A stretch of DNA of 63,753 bases, counting the filler, from Sphacelaria rigidula (lineage: Eukaryota), in the NCBI GenBank assembly GCA_964200075.2. It is 9 parts of 9 records of this genome, joined end to end, with 100 filler letters (N's around TTAATTAATTAA, not from the genome) between each part and the next. Parts side by side here need not be neighbours in the genome. Positions count along the whole stretch, not along the records: positions 49,667 to 56,660 come from CAXNAA020017046.1; positions 56,761 to 63,753 come from CAXNAA020017047.1; 7 more parts are not named here. One strand, given 5' to 3'. Within the stretch, counting starts at the first letter, position 1. Each line of letters starts with the position of its first letter. Under the pieces are notes generated by a model. The model did no database searches. It was not told the origin of the DNA and worked only from the letters and a program-made list of their open reading frames with translations. The position numbers and the translations under genes are program-made. Positions 52,299 to 63,753 of the stretch are shown here, piece after piece.

Positions 52299-54369
52299 GA
52301 TACCGGCATGCTGTCATTTGAGGGGGTGTCGGAGGGTGACGCTTACATGGAAAAACGGCCTAGCCATGTCTGCAGCATCACGGTTCATGAGTGTCGAAAG
52401 GTCAGTCATGGGATATCCTTCTTGTTTCGACACGACTTCAGGTGCCCAAGGGCTTCACAAACCTTCCGATCCCTTATTTCCTTGGTCAAAAACGCCTCGT
52501 CCCACCACTCCATCTCCAAACTCTTTCCTTCCTTCTCCGCTTCCACTTCCTCCGCCCAGCCTCTCAAAGGCGCCACCGTCACGGCCGCAGCCCGACTTTC
52601 CCCCGCGGCCCCTTCCTCAACGTCCATCTTGTCGCCGTCCCCCGCCCCCGCGAGCTTGACGTCGGTGTCCCCGTCCAATTGCTCCGCGCGGTTCCGACCG
52701 GACATTCGGCCAGAGATAAGCTTTCGGTGCTCTCGAAATCGAAGGTTTTCCCCCTGATGTTGAATCGTGAACGAGGTATCGAGGTATCGAGGTCATGGTC
52801 GGCGGAATGAGTCATGAGGATGGGAGGGGGGGGGGTACTCATTTGTTGCTTGCCTCAGTCGTTTGACCGTTGACCACGCATCCCTTTCGAGACGGAGCAT
52901 GAGGATGGGGACGGAGACGAGAACGGGGTACATTCATGCCTCGTACCTACGACCAAACTGCCCCCTCCATACATTTCGACTGTTCCGTTGCATTTCGTTG
53001 CCTTTAGGGGAAAGAGCGCGACGAATTCTGCAGCTATGGTGTGCCAGTTGCCTACGCAGTGCTACAGGGTGGTCGCCGCGCCTCGGCGGCATGTCTCATG
53101 GTTCAACTGACGCATGCGTACCTATTTTGACTGGCGTACTTTCCGTCCTCGACAAAACCAAATCACGCCAGGAGTCATGTTTTTAGAGGTTTCTGCGTCG
53201 CAGTAGACCATGATCTACAACACACCGATGACGGGAGTCGAACGCACGTTGCAAAACCCAAAAATATTAGAGGAACATGAAAGTAAGAGGGTCGTTATTC
53301 AATCCGTGGGGGAGGGGGAGGGGCTGACGCCTTTCATGTGTGAAAAATGTGCACCTGTTTGATGTACGTCCCTTCCTCGACGAAGTTGAAGGCTCGCTTA
53401 GCTCGTTTGTCTCTGCTGCCTGTCTGGACTCGAGGGTCCACCACCTGCGCCGCATCCGACTTGTCTTCCTGTTGATATTCGTTATTGGACGGACATCCAA
53501 AGACGGACGGTGGGATTCCATTTTTTGGTTAGGCAAATCCTTACTTTTTTTCGTCCAACACGAGGATCGGAATATTTTTTTTGAAAGGATGCTCCCAAAA
53601 AACGATTGAGGGGGGGGGGGGAAGCGGCGGTAGTTGGTTTCCAATATTTCCCACCATCAAAATCCTTACTGAAGACCTACGATCAATCGTCTGTAGCTCA
53701 TACCGGTGCTTCCTGTGGTCTCTGCGCTACTTGGCAGGTGAACATGGCTTGGTGCTTTTGGTTGTACAAGATAGATTGCGTTGAGCGCAAGGTATATGCT
53801 GAATGCATTTAACCGTCACAAGACTGAGGGGGGGGGGGGGGGAGGTTTTGTGGCTAACGGGGGCGGATCATTCATACGTTGTACATCACCCCCTGAACAG
53901 CCCCACCCGGCGATACGTCATCGGCCATGGTCGGCATCATGCCTACACCTACAGAAGAGTTACGGAGTACGTTGTACATCATCCTCCTCGGATAGCACCC
54001 TCCCGCGATACGTGCTCGTCAATTCTCGGCATAATGTCCGCACCTACTAGCAGGTGACGGTGTACGTTGTGCAGGCGACGCCACCACTCGAGAGCTTGGC
54101 ACGTGAGACCTTGCAGAGAAAATATCAAGGTTGTGTTTCGTGTTTGTCATTATTTTGTTGTCATTACTGTTGTTGTTGTTTGTTTGTTGGTGGTGGTGGT
54201 GATGGTGTTGTTGTTTTTGTCGTTATCGCTGCTGCCTTTCTTCTTTCCTTTCTGAGGCCGTTGCTTCTGTCTTTCTCTGTTCCTTTCATTATTTTTTCTT
54301 TTATTATTCTGTTTTTTTTTTGCTGCTCCTGACCACGGGCTGGATTGTTGCCATCAGCTAATGTGAGAT

Positions 54370-54406
<37 letters not shown>

Positions 54407-55807
54407 CTATTTTTTGCTGCTCCTTCGTTTTCTTGAACGAGTGTTTCAGTTTCGCTCTTCTTCGGTACGCCTATCATGCGACCACGGCTGGACCCATGGG
54501 TGATCAGTTAAAGTGCGACAATTAATCAACTCAATAATCAAGCAAGAAGTTGTGCACAAATTGTGGTGTCGTAAGAACATCTATACAGCTCCTTTATAGC
54601 CGCTGTTGGTCGCCCCACGGAGAGGTCTCTCCCCTGCGGACTCCAAAACACTTCGTAAGCCAAGGCTGCGCATGCAACACAACCTTCGATGATGATGCTT
54701 TTTGGAAGGGGAGAAACGGAGAAAAAATAAAACCGTGTGGCGTGGATATGCGCCAGCCATGCGTGGGCACGGGAAGGAGAGAAGGCAGTGACTGATTGGA
54801 CTGACCTCATGACAGAATCAGGGTAGAGCCAAGGGTGGGAAACACTACACACATGGGGGCGAAATACGGCTTCTAGTAGTACACGAATACACCAGTACTG
54901 GTGTAGGAGCGAGAGAGTGCTTGGTGCTACGGCAGGGGTGCGCACCTTGTTTCAAGGTTCCAAATGTTAGGAGCCCTCTTTTTTTTATTACTATTTTTTG
55001 TCGCACTTTGAACCCCTTCCCTTCCTCGAGACGAGTCCGTGCTCTCGAGGGATTATCCCATCCCTCCCCCGGAAGACGCCTTGCATTTTGGTCTCGCGGC
55101 TTGGGTCATGACTATCACCACTCCCGCATCGCGTCAACTCACGTCGAACAAACTCAGTCAACTACTTTGTTTTCTCACGTTCTCACGCTTCCCACGGTGG
55201 AAATCAAGACACTACGAAGGAAAAAACCCAACGCATCGGGAATCGAACCCTCGTTCTCTTTACCCTAATGGCGACAGTCGGACCATTACACCACCGGGGA
55301 GCGGCGGCATCCCATGCAAAAAATGACCGACGAAATGTGTGAGCGCACGCCGCGGTTAGCATTCCGGTGGGCTCGGGATATCCCGATCGACGTTTGAAAA
55401 CGGGAATGTCCTGACCCGCATACTTATGTAGCTCCTAACTGTTCGAGCCCCCGGTTGAGAAAGATGTGAGACTAAATGTGCAAACCCTGTCGTTGTAGCA
55501 TGACTCGAGAGCGACAGAGCAATGCTACGGTAAGGGCGCACTTGTTTCGCGAAATAATGTCTAGTTCAGGGCATCCCCGTTTGCAAATTCATTCGGGATA
55601 TCCCCAGCACATTGGAGTAGTAATCCTGGCGTNNNNNNNNNNGTACTTTCACATATTTTCATAGGTAGTGTATTGCATGAGATGAAGGGCTTCTAACAAT
55701 TCTAACCTCAGAAAATATTTGTGTACCCCTACCGTAGCATCACTGTCCGGTGTATCCTTCCCACCCTCCTCCACAACAGAAAAATACGACGACCATGAAG
55801 ACAACAT

Positions 55808-55839
<32 letters not shown>

Positions 55840-56037
55840 ATATCACAGCAACCAAAGCCAAAAAAACGCGCCAACGGAGAAACGAACAACCGCGTGCATC
55901 AAAGCAAACGCACCTTGAGGTGCTGCAGGTAGGGGTTGTACGCCCTATCTCCGAGACGGTTGGCCTTGAGTTCTCGTACGGGCCCCATCTTCACCACCTT
56001 CCCTTCGGCGTCCACTTGTTGCCCCCATTTATCCAAC
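49798..56037 (-). CDS. PRPF3: U4/U6 snRNP protein Prp3, partial; exons 56037-55914, 53468-53355, about 52752-52463, 50060-49798
   Basis: Peptides LDKWGQQVDAEGK...LKANR, DPRV...KRAFNFVEEGTYIKQ, MEWWDEAFL, FVQHP and VYLTKKERKRIRRTTRMERE follow the order of conserved PRP3-domain motifs. CAG/GT boundaries; one junction is off by 1 nt. Confidence 0.9.
52825..52899 (-). mobile_element. About 75-bp intronic copy of the poly(C)-tailed LINE 3' end, with TSD
   Basis: Flanked by the direct repeat catgaggatggg at 52813-52824 and 52898-52909. Confidence 0.88.
54320..54545 (+). mobile_element. Two tandem retroposon 3' ends with (CAAT)n-type tails
   Basis: gaccacgggctgg...taatgtgaga+(caat)n, and gaccacggctggaccc...tcagttaaagtgcgaca. 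The second matches the RTE LINE 3' end at about 60325-60400 (-). Confidence 0.7.
54978..55308 (-). mobile_element. tRNA-derived SINE family B, full length
   Basis: Minus strand head gccgccgctccccggtggtgtaatggtc...gagggttcgattcccga (A and B boxes), body shared with 22620 and 47505, A-rich tail. Confidence 0.85.
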
Positions 56038-57089
56038 CTGAGGAAATCCGCGTTCGTGTTCATTCGGGAAAAGGACACGGTTGAGTGATACCGCCAAAGT
56101 CTCCCCGCAGGAAAATGGCTGGCTCTAGGGGGGGAAAATATACATGTGCACCAAAGTGACAAAAGCCGAGCACACCGAGCAGCTGGGAACTCCCATGGTT
56201 GCGATCAATTTCGCCGATGTCGCCCATGCCAGGGGCTTCATGACGTCTGAAACCGGCTACCATGCGCTTTTGATTCTTGATTGATTTGTTTGATTGGTTG
56301 ATTGTCTCACTCATCAGCCGTGGTGACGTTATGGACGTACTCTCGAGACCAACAAAAAAAATACTCGCTCAAGAAGAAAAAAGAAGGTAGAACCGAACAA
56401 CATATTCTTTTTCTCGCCGCCCTTTCAACAACCGCGACAACACTCGCTCAAATTGCGGCGGTCGCCCCAACAACTCCAACAACCCTGGCTCCCGGCGAAG
56501 AGAAAGTTCTTCTCACCGTCACCCGAATTTCACTGATAGACGAGTACACTGAGAAAAAAAATAGACAAAAGCAAAAAAAAAAAAAGTGCTGTGCGGCCAT
56601 TTTTGTCGGGACAGTGTTGAGGCAAGCGAGTGGTGGTGTGGGTTCGCTCATCTCCCTACCNNNNNNNNNNNNNNNNNNNNNNNNNNNNNNNNNNNNNNNN
56701 NNNNTTAATTAATTAANNNNNNNNNNNNNNNNNNNNNNNNNNNNNNNNNNNNNNNNNNNNCATCGACACAGACGAGTTGGGCCGTGATCCACATATCGTA
56801 TTAATTGTCTAATCAAGGAGAAGGTGCCCATCTACTCAGAAGCTTGGGTCCATATTTTCTCGTTGATTAAACCCCATGTGTAGTAATTCCTATACCTGAG
56901 GGAGGTAGCGCCAATACTAAAATCTCTACGAAACTCCCGATCGATGCGTTTAGCGGATGGCGACGAATCTCGGTATGGAGAACCACAAAAGAGTGCCGAA
57001 TAAAAAAATAATGGGCCATCCATTTTTTTTTCATAGAGGTTAGGGCCTTCTCGTGAAATATGCTCTTCCCCATGGTAGAACGCCCTAAA

Positions 57090-57518
57090 CCACTGGGAAA
57101 AAAAAATAAAATGAACCTGACCCACTTTGTTTTGTTAATCATGCCTTCGAGAACGCCCACACAAGAGTTCAATACACGAACACCAAACGTGGGCCGGTAA
57201 ATGGCCTGCAAACTACTGTTCCGAATTTCTTCTGACCCTGTCACTAAACGGCCCATTATACGGCCAATACTTGAAGTTGGACCCTGAAAATTGGTATGAA
57301 GAATGAGTAGGGCATAATAAAAAAAATACTGGCGTACACAAGGGATTTTTTTTTTCATGAGTTAAGGGCAATAATCAGTTTTCAGATATCGGTAAAATGC
57401 CCCCAACTCATGAAAAAAATATCCCCTGTGTACGCCAGTAATTTTTATTATTATGCCCTACTCATTGTCCATACCAAATTTCAGGGTCCAACTCCAAGTA
57501 TTGGCCGTATAATGGGCC
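57090..57518. repeat. Dispersed repeat (related to 13730-14030) forming a foldback with about 114-bp arms
   Basis: 57250-57363 is the reverse complement of 57405-57518. 57090-57375 is the reverse complement of about 13730-14025. Confidence 0.85.
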
Positions 57519-57556
57519 TGCGAACTGCAGAATCGCTTTTCGGCTGGCCCAGATCG

Positions 57557-57916
57557 TATGGAGAAATGGGTTGTGGGAAAATATATGGGGAACTGGGATC
57601 AAAGGAAAGATGTGGACGATAGTGCAGATGTCAGAATGTGCCAAAAGTGCGATGGTGCTACACGGGGAAAGACAAAATATATATATATGTATTTTACAAG
57701 GAGTTGCACCAAGATGTACGTTATCCTCTACTCGAAGTATTTATTCATTGATGACCTGATATTAGCAATAGAAACAGCAAAGCGAGGAGTGAAGTTGATG
57801 AAGAAATTGGAAATCGTATAGATGGCAGCAGCTAAGAGAATACTTGGATGCAGTGAAGTTAGTGAAAGGTGCTAGAAAATTACTTGGATGCTCGAAACAA
57901 ATGAGTATGCTCCCCC
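57557..57916 (+). mobile_element. Internally deleted derivative of the poly(C)-tailed LINE
   Basis: gtatggagaaatggg...ggaaagatgtgg matches 14789 onward, tacttggatgctcgaaa matches about 15490, and it ends acaaatgagtatgctccccc. Confidence 0.75.
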
Positions 57917-58287
57917 ACTTGAAGTCTTCCCCCTTACCCACCCATCAGTGCCTAAAACAACGCAGAGTACTCGACAATCCAACGCGGTGGCAAATTCAGG
58001 GGTCAGGTGGAATGTGGGTATCACTCTCCAGTTTGGTCTCCCCAATGTGGGACGCAAACACTTTGGCCATGGATTGTTCAAGATGAGGTGGGCGGATATG
58101 GATTAAGCTTATTACTTTTGAGACAGCTGTAGTACGTGTGTAATGTTTACGGCTAGTCCATAGCTCGAAGGAAAACGTGTCAAACGGTAGCATGGTGTCG
58201 GGTCGTCGTCGGGTAGGGTGCGATTCCCCAAGAGCGTTTGTGAAACATACTCACTCCATCTCTGAGGACAAGATTTGTACAGTTCTA

Positions 58288-59046
58288 CAAGGGTAGATTG
58301 AGTAGAGTATACTCAATACTCAGTATTTTTGAAGAGTCGTACTTTTAGTACTCAAAGTTTGAGTAGAATATTCGAGGTCGTACTCAACCTACTCAATTAT
58401 TCGAGTAGAGTTTTTGAGACCTGTAGACTCTGACCGCCATTGTTACCTAAGGTTAGGGACATTCTGTAGGTGGAATTGCGGGTCTGATTGCCGTACTCTG
58501 TGATGGGTGACCTCCATGACGTGTAGAGCCGGTTTTGCTACTCTCGAGGAGAGAGGCTATGGTCCCGTTCTCCTGTACCATGCTGAGAGTTAATATATGA
58601 ATATCTGAAGCTGCTGAAGTCCATATGCCCGTGATGGGAGGAGTCCACGTGGTGATCTGATCTTGAGTGACAGAAGTCTATAGATCATACTCAATCTACT
58701 CGAAATTTGAGTACAGTATTGAGGTCATACTCAAGTAATACTCTATGGTCAGGTATTTCTGAGAGTGCTTACTGAAAAATTTAGTACAGTATTTGAGATC
58801 GCACTCAACCTACTCAAAATTTGAGTAGAGTATTGAGGTCATACTCAAGTGATACGCTGTACTCAAGTATTACTGAGAGTTCTTACTCAATATTTGAGTA
58901 GAATATTCGAGGTCGTACTCCACCTACTCAAAATTTAAGTAGAGTATTGGAGGCCGTACTCACCCTACTCAAACCTCGAGGAAAGTAAATACATGAGTAT
59001 TTTACTCGAGTACTCAAAAGTACATACTCTACTCGACCTACCCTTG
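58288..59046. mobile_element. MITE family C, second copy (plus a fragment at about 59245-59435)
   Basis: Same TIRs (caagggtag... / ...ctacccttg) and colinear interior. No TSD is visible here. Confidence 0.9.
58422..58682. mobile_element. 261-bp solo-LTR-like insert nested in MITE C
   Basis: Absent from the 16239 copy. Ends tgtagact.../...agtctata. Flanks gacc / gatc where the empty site has a single gatc. Confidence 0.7.
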
Positions 59047-60324
59047 AAAAATGATCGTTTCCATACTAAACCGGCTGGTGAAATGGGGCGCTGGGGCAGT
59101 ACGCTTTGAAAAACAACTATGACCATCATTCCCTCATCGTCCTTGTTGGTTGCGATGTAACGCCGCCCATCCAATTGATGGCCATCGTTCGCCCATGTAT
59201 TCAACATAGTCTGTGGAATGACGTCACGAAGTCGCCGACTGTCAGGGATACTCACCATACCCAAGTTATATACTATACTAAAGTATTACTGAGAGTGCTT
59301 GCTCAATATTTGAGTTGAGTATTTGAGATCGTTTTCGATTTACTCAAAAATTGAGTAGAGTATTTGAGACCATACTCAACCTACTCAAAATTTGAGTAGA
59401 GTATTTGAGGCCGTACTCGACCTACTCGAAATCTGAATATTGGCCATTCTTCCTTAGCTGCACGCAACGCTTCCAGCCAACGTAGCCATCCCTCTGTTCA
59501 ACGAGCTGCAACGAGCTGCCTCGCATTACAGACTGCACACCTCTCTGTGTACAAACAAGAGTATTTTTGCAAAAACTGTCCGCAGCTGAAACAAACTTTG
59601 CCAGAAACCAGTTGGTTCCCTGAATACACGTTTATTATAGACCCCTCCTGGACTCAGAACAAGGTCACAAGACTGCTCCAATGGCTTCTTCCCTCACTAG
59701 GGCTTCGAGACTTCAAAACAGATGTTATTTACAAATACGCAGTTTTCGTTATCGAACGTAACCTACTGCACCTTTTTGGACAGCATATAACGCCAAGCAG
59801 TCGTAGTCATACTCTAGAGAATATCTGATGACTTAATATCATGATGCAAAGTTCATATCCGAACCTCCATGCATCAACCTGCTCTCCTCATGCATCTGCA
59901 CGTGTACTAGAGGTGGACTACTATACAGCCTGTAAAAAACGTCGAAGACAGGATATATAGTCGCGGAGTTGCATGGTAAAATAGGGAAAATACGTTAGTT
60001 TGGGTACTGAATAAGTTATGACAAGACAATGCACGGGAAGATAAGGGGCTGCATGATATCGAAAACCAAGTTTCAAGTAAGCGAACAAAATAGTATCCAA
60101 CTACGGTACCGGGAGGGAACAAGGTAGTCTCCAACTACGGTACAGGGTGCGTCAAGAAGTCAACCTGGTGAATAACAAACCATACAACCGATTACCAGTG
60201 TGGAATAAAATGCGGATCATCCTCAGTTACACCAAGGTGATACCCCTGTACCAGAATACTGTAAAAAGGTGCACGGGATTAGCTAAACCAAATCAAATTG
60301 CTAACACTCGACACCGGAACAAAC

Positions 60325-63300
60325 CGTCATTGATTGATTCATCGATTGATGGTCGCACTTTAACTGACCCCCCAGGGGTCCAGCCGTGGTCTCATGATAG
60401 ACGTACCCAAGAAAAACGAAAGTGAAACACGCTCTGAGAAAAAAAAGGAACATGAAGAAAAAAAAAGGGTCGAACAGAACGACATAGCAGACTAAGTTGT
60501 GACAAAAAAAAGTAATGAAGAAAAGTCGACACAAGCAAAGCACATAAGGAAATGGCCGACCTAAAACAAGAAAAAAGGAAAAGGAGAGGAAAGTACAAAG
60601 CAAATAAAATAAAATACAATTTATCGATGGGAAAAAAACAGGAAAAAAAAAAGGAAAAGACCCAAGGGAATGATTCAGGGCAGCAGAGTAGATACAGACA
60701 CACACCAATGGACACCGCAGAGCCACCGACCAAGGACATAATCAACAAGCGATGTGAGCGGACAGGATTTTCGCTTATGACGGCGGTCTGATTCTCGATT
60801 GTCCGCGCGTCACTACGTGTCCTCAGACATTTCCGCTCCCTTTTCGACTCCAATATACCCTTTGCCCCGGTCCTTCGCCGCAGTGATCCAATCGTATGCA
60901 TCGTTAACCTCTACACGGTAGGCGGACCACTTTCGTCGGGCTCCGTTGTGCGGGACAGCCCCTAGCGCACGTAGGTCCTCCTGTAGGGTATCCTCCCATT
61001 GCTGGGGGGGGGGCGGCCGACCTCCTTGGGTCCTCGTGTGGAAAGCCGACCGTTCATGACACGCTTCGGAAGGCTTGTGTCCTTCCGCCGGACAAGGGCT
61101 CCCGCGAACCAGAGTTGACGTTTGCGGATAGTCGCCTCGATACGTTCGCAGTTAGTCATCTCGAGCACCGCTCTGTACGAAAGAGTCTTGTAGCCATTTC
61201 GATCGTTCCATCCAACCACTCGAAGCAAGAGTTTGTGATAAGCAGTGCGCAGACTATCGAAGTCCTCAGAATGTCGCGCAGTGTTATTCCTTTTCGATAA
61301 TATGGAGGCGGTGTTTTGGCAACTTAGGCGTGAGGAGAATCCGCACCTCGTCTCAGATGACGCCGAAACTTGGAGAATGTGTAGATTCGTATTAGAGGAA
61401 GGTGTCACAGTCACAGCTGCGGCAGGGGAAGTCGCTTATGGCTCGGTCTGCATCGATGCGGTGGATAATCCCCACGCGCCCATTTTTGTTTTTTCACACC
61501 CTGCTGTCTGATGACGATTACAGTGGGTACAGTGTCAGTTGACCACGCTGACTGTCCATGGATCCTGCCGGCCTCATCATCAACCTTCGCCCAGTTATGG
61601 ATTAACGCTCGAAGAAACCCAGCAAACAAGCATCGTTTATGATCCGCTATATATATACTATGTAATATATATAAATGAGGGTTGGGAGGCGAACATTTCC
61701 GCTCCAAAACGGTCGACAGTGGAAGGTCAAGCTCCTGTCGCGCGACCAGTGGGTAGCGCGACGGGCCCTTGCCGGCGTAACTGGTACTGGAGGCGACATC
61801 CCGGTACAGACAGTCCCACCACTACCGTCACGGCCGTGCAAACAGGCTGGCAGCCGAAGTGGGCGTTGCAATGGTATTGTTCTAACCTTATCAACCTAGA
61901 TTATCTCCGCATTGGCTTTGCACGTGAATATTTTTCTATGATTGCCTCACTTCCACTTCGGCCATATTTTGGCGACAAGCCACGGTCTCACGGCCCAACT
62001 TTATATGTGAAAATGTACAACGATGGACGAGATATTTCTGTTCAGCTTTGACAAAAGTGTACTGCGCACAGTACTGAAATCTGCTGTCGACTGCCGAAGG
62101 CAGCACGGCGTCAAATGCGCGCAGTGTACTGTTAGACGGTCCAGGAATCCCCACGCCGCGAAAGGTGACAGCAAGCTTTCGCGCCATAGCGCCTGTGTCC
62201 ACAGCGACCTTCGCCCAACATACGAGCATTGATTATAGGAGCGGATAGCAGCGGAGGCGGATTTCACTTACAGCATCGAGCACGTTGTACCGCTACAGGT
62301 CTCACTGCTGCGGGTGGTGTGCAGTAAAACACAGGCGGTAAGCAGCATACGATGTGCTGTACTGGCTGTACTGTTTCATATGTGTTCAGACCAGTGCGCA
62401 CGGGGTGGGGCCCGCATTTTCATAACCCTCGACGAACTTCGTCGTGTACTATCGTCGTGGCATGATTTTTCAGCAGAAATCGCTTGCGATCTATGCTGTT
62501 ACATAACTCGTAAGTGATGCAGCTTCCTCCACATACGCAATCCGCCCGTGAGGCGAGCTCTTGATGCTGGAAGTGCCCACCCCTCTTTCCGTGATGATGT
62601 GATGTCCAGTCTTGGGCTCAGACTATTGAAACCTCGGAATATGACACTAACTACTAGAAGGTGCATATTCTCCGACACTCATGTCTCCATATTATCGAAA
62701 AAGAATAACACTTAGCGTCCATGTGGCACACCAATACAATAGAGCTTCCACCACCTCCGCTTTAAGCAATCGAACTTTCAAGGATAGCTCGGCGTTCGGT
62801 CCGTCATAGAGTTGGGAGCTAAATTTTCGGATACGCGCCCGCGCCGCGCTGAAATGGCGGTTGATCTCGATGGACATTTTCGCATTCGCGCTGATAGCTC
62901 CACCACGGTAGATGAACTTCCCCGTCTGCTTATACCGTTGATCGGCAGCTTTGATATTCAGGGTGGCCTCCGTGGGACTGGGTACTGACCAAAGGCCCAT
63001 GGACTTTGTCTTGGTCTCGGAGACCATCAGGTCGAATCCCTGGCAGGTCATCATCATTATCACGGCCATCATTCGAGCAAGGCCTTCCGAGGTCTTCGAG
63101 GCTATGCCGGCGTCGTCCCCATAAAGCATTGTCCACACTGCGCGTCGCATCTTTCCCAGTGGTCTCTCTTCCACGGGTTCACCACCGACACCTTGTGGTG
63201 CATCATCTAAAAAAACCAAGTCTGAGACGATGAGTGGGTCCGCCGCAAATCGCTGGACGACCACTTCCACCAAGCCTGCTCGGAAGATGTTGAGCAGCAG

Positions 63301-63575
63301 TGGAGATGAAACGCATCCCTGTCTGAGTCCCTGGAAGACGTCGAACCACGCTGATAGTTCGCCACAATCTAGCTGTACTCGAGCTCGCATGCCGTCGCGA
63401 AACATACGTATTATCGTTATCATTCGTGATGGGACTCCGAACCGAGCAAGTACTTCCCACAGGAGTGTGAGTTCTACAGAATCGTAGGCTTTCTGCAGAT
63501 CGATAAAGCACATGTTTATTGGGATGTTCCTCGCCCGTCCCAACTCCTGGAGTCGGCGTACTACGAACATCATGT
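60325..63575 (-). mobile_element. 5'-truncated RTE-like LINE (RT, C-terminus, 3'UTR), split by a TIR element
   Basis: 62692-63573: CFIDLQKAYDSV, GLRQGCVSSPLL, MLYGDD, LLYWCATWTL. Resumes at about 61278: FDSLRTAYHKLLLRVVG...IRKRQLWFAG...LPKRVM...GRP. 3' end has a CAAT-like tail. Confidence 0.92.
61279..62713. mobile_element. Non-autonomous TIR DNA transposon (hAT-like CAGTG end)
   Basis: TIR cagtgttattccttttcgataatatggag / ctccatattatcgaaaaagaataacactt exactly interrupts the LINE ORF. No clean TSD. Confidence 0.82.
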
Positions 63576-63689
63576 AAGCGGGGATTCTATGAAATGAGGT
63601 TGATCAATGAAATGAGCTTTGAGGAGGCCAGCCAGTATGCGACAAAAACCCAAGGGAAGTACCGTCCGCAAGTGCCTTGGATTATTTTC

Positions 63690-63743
63690 GGGGGGGGGGG
63701 GCGTACTCATTTTTTGCTTGCCTTAGTCGTTTGACTATTGACC
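63690..63743 (-). mobile_element. Short copy of the poly(C)-tailed LINE 3' end
   Basis: Minus strand ggtcaatagtcaaacgactaaggcaagcaaaaaatgagtacg followed by a C12 run. Possible TSD tttcggg (63686-63692 / 63744-63750). Confidence 0.8.
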
Positions 63744-63753
63744 TTTCGGGATG

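Noticed and set aside
52105-52810. Plus-strand ORFs of 139-184 aa
   Set aside because: Antisense shadows of the PRP3 exon extended by a (CA)n repeat.
53115-53160. Duplicated alternative PRP3 exon (FVEDGKYASQ resembles FVEEGTYIKQ)
   Set aside because: The similarity is very short, and the nearest acceptor gives an in-frame stop; probably chance.
35478-56660. Cluster of splicing genes (DNAJC8 plus PRPF3)
   Set aside because: They are on different concatenated contigs.

Overview
Eukaryotic, repeat-rich DNA, most likely from a brown alga (Phaeophyceae). This is inferred from a spliced GDP-mannose 6-dehydrogenase (alginate pathway) exon, short exons in long TE-filled introns and TTAGGG-type repeats. 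The window is not one locus. It is nine fragments of 6,996-6,993 bp, in decreasing length order, joined by eight identical 100-bp N44-TTAATTAATTAA-N44 linkers, so nothing can be concluded from neighbourhood across linkers. Host genes I can support: the terminal exon of a GDP-mannose/UDP-glucose dehydrogenase (3266-3620 +), four exons of a DNAJC8-like J protein (39415-41941 -), four exons of PRP3 (49798-56037 -), and a few orphan exon candidates. The rest is mostly decayed mobile DNA: two RTE-like LINEs, another LINE family, a Ty1/copia relic, a gag knuckle, two tRNA-derived SINE families, several MITE families (some nested, some carrying telomere-like repeats), a solo-LTR-like insert and microsatellites. 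The best candidate for something undescribed is a LINE family whose copies end in ATGAGTA(C/T/A) plus a poly(C) or C-rich tail instead of poly(A). One copy has a clear target-site duplication starting with a C-run, which suggests poly(C)/oligo-G primed retrotransposition. No CRISPR array, rRNA or intact tRNA was found.
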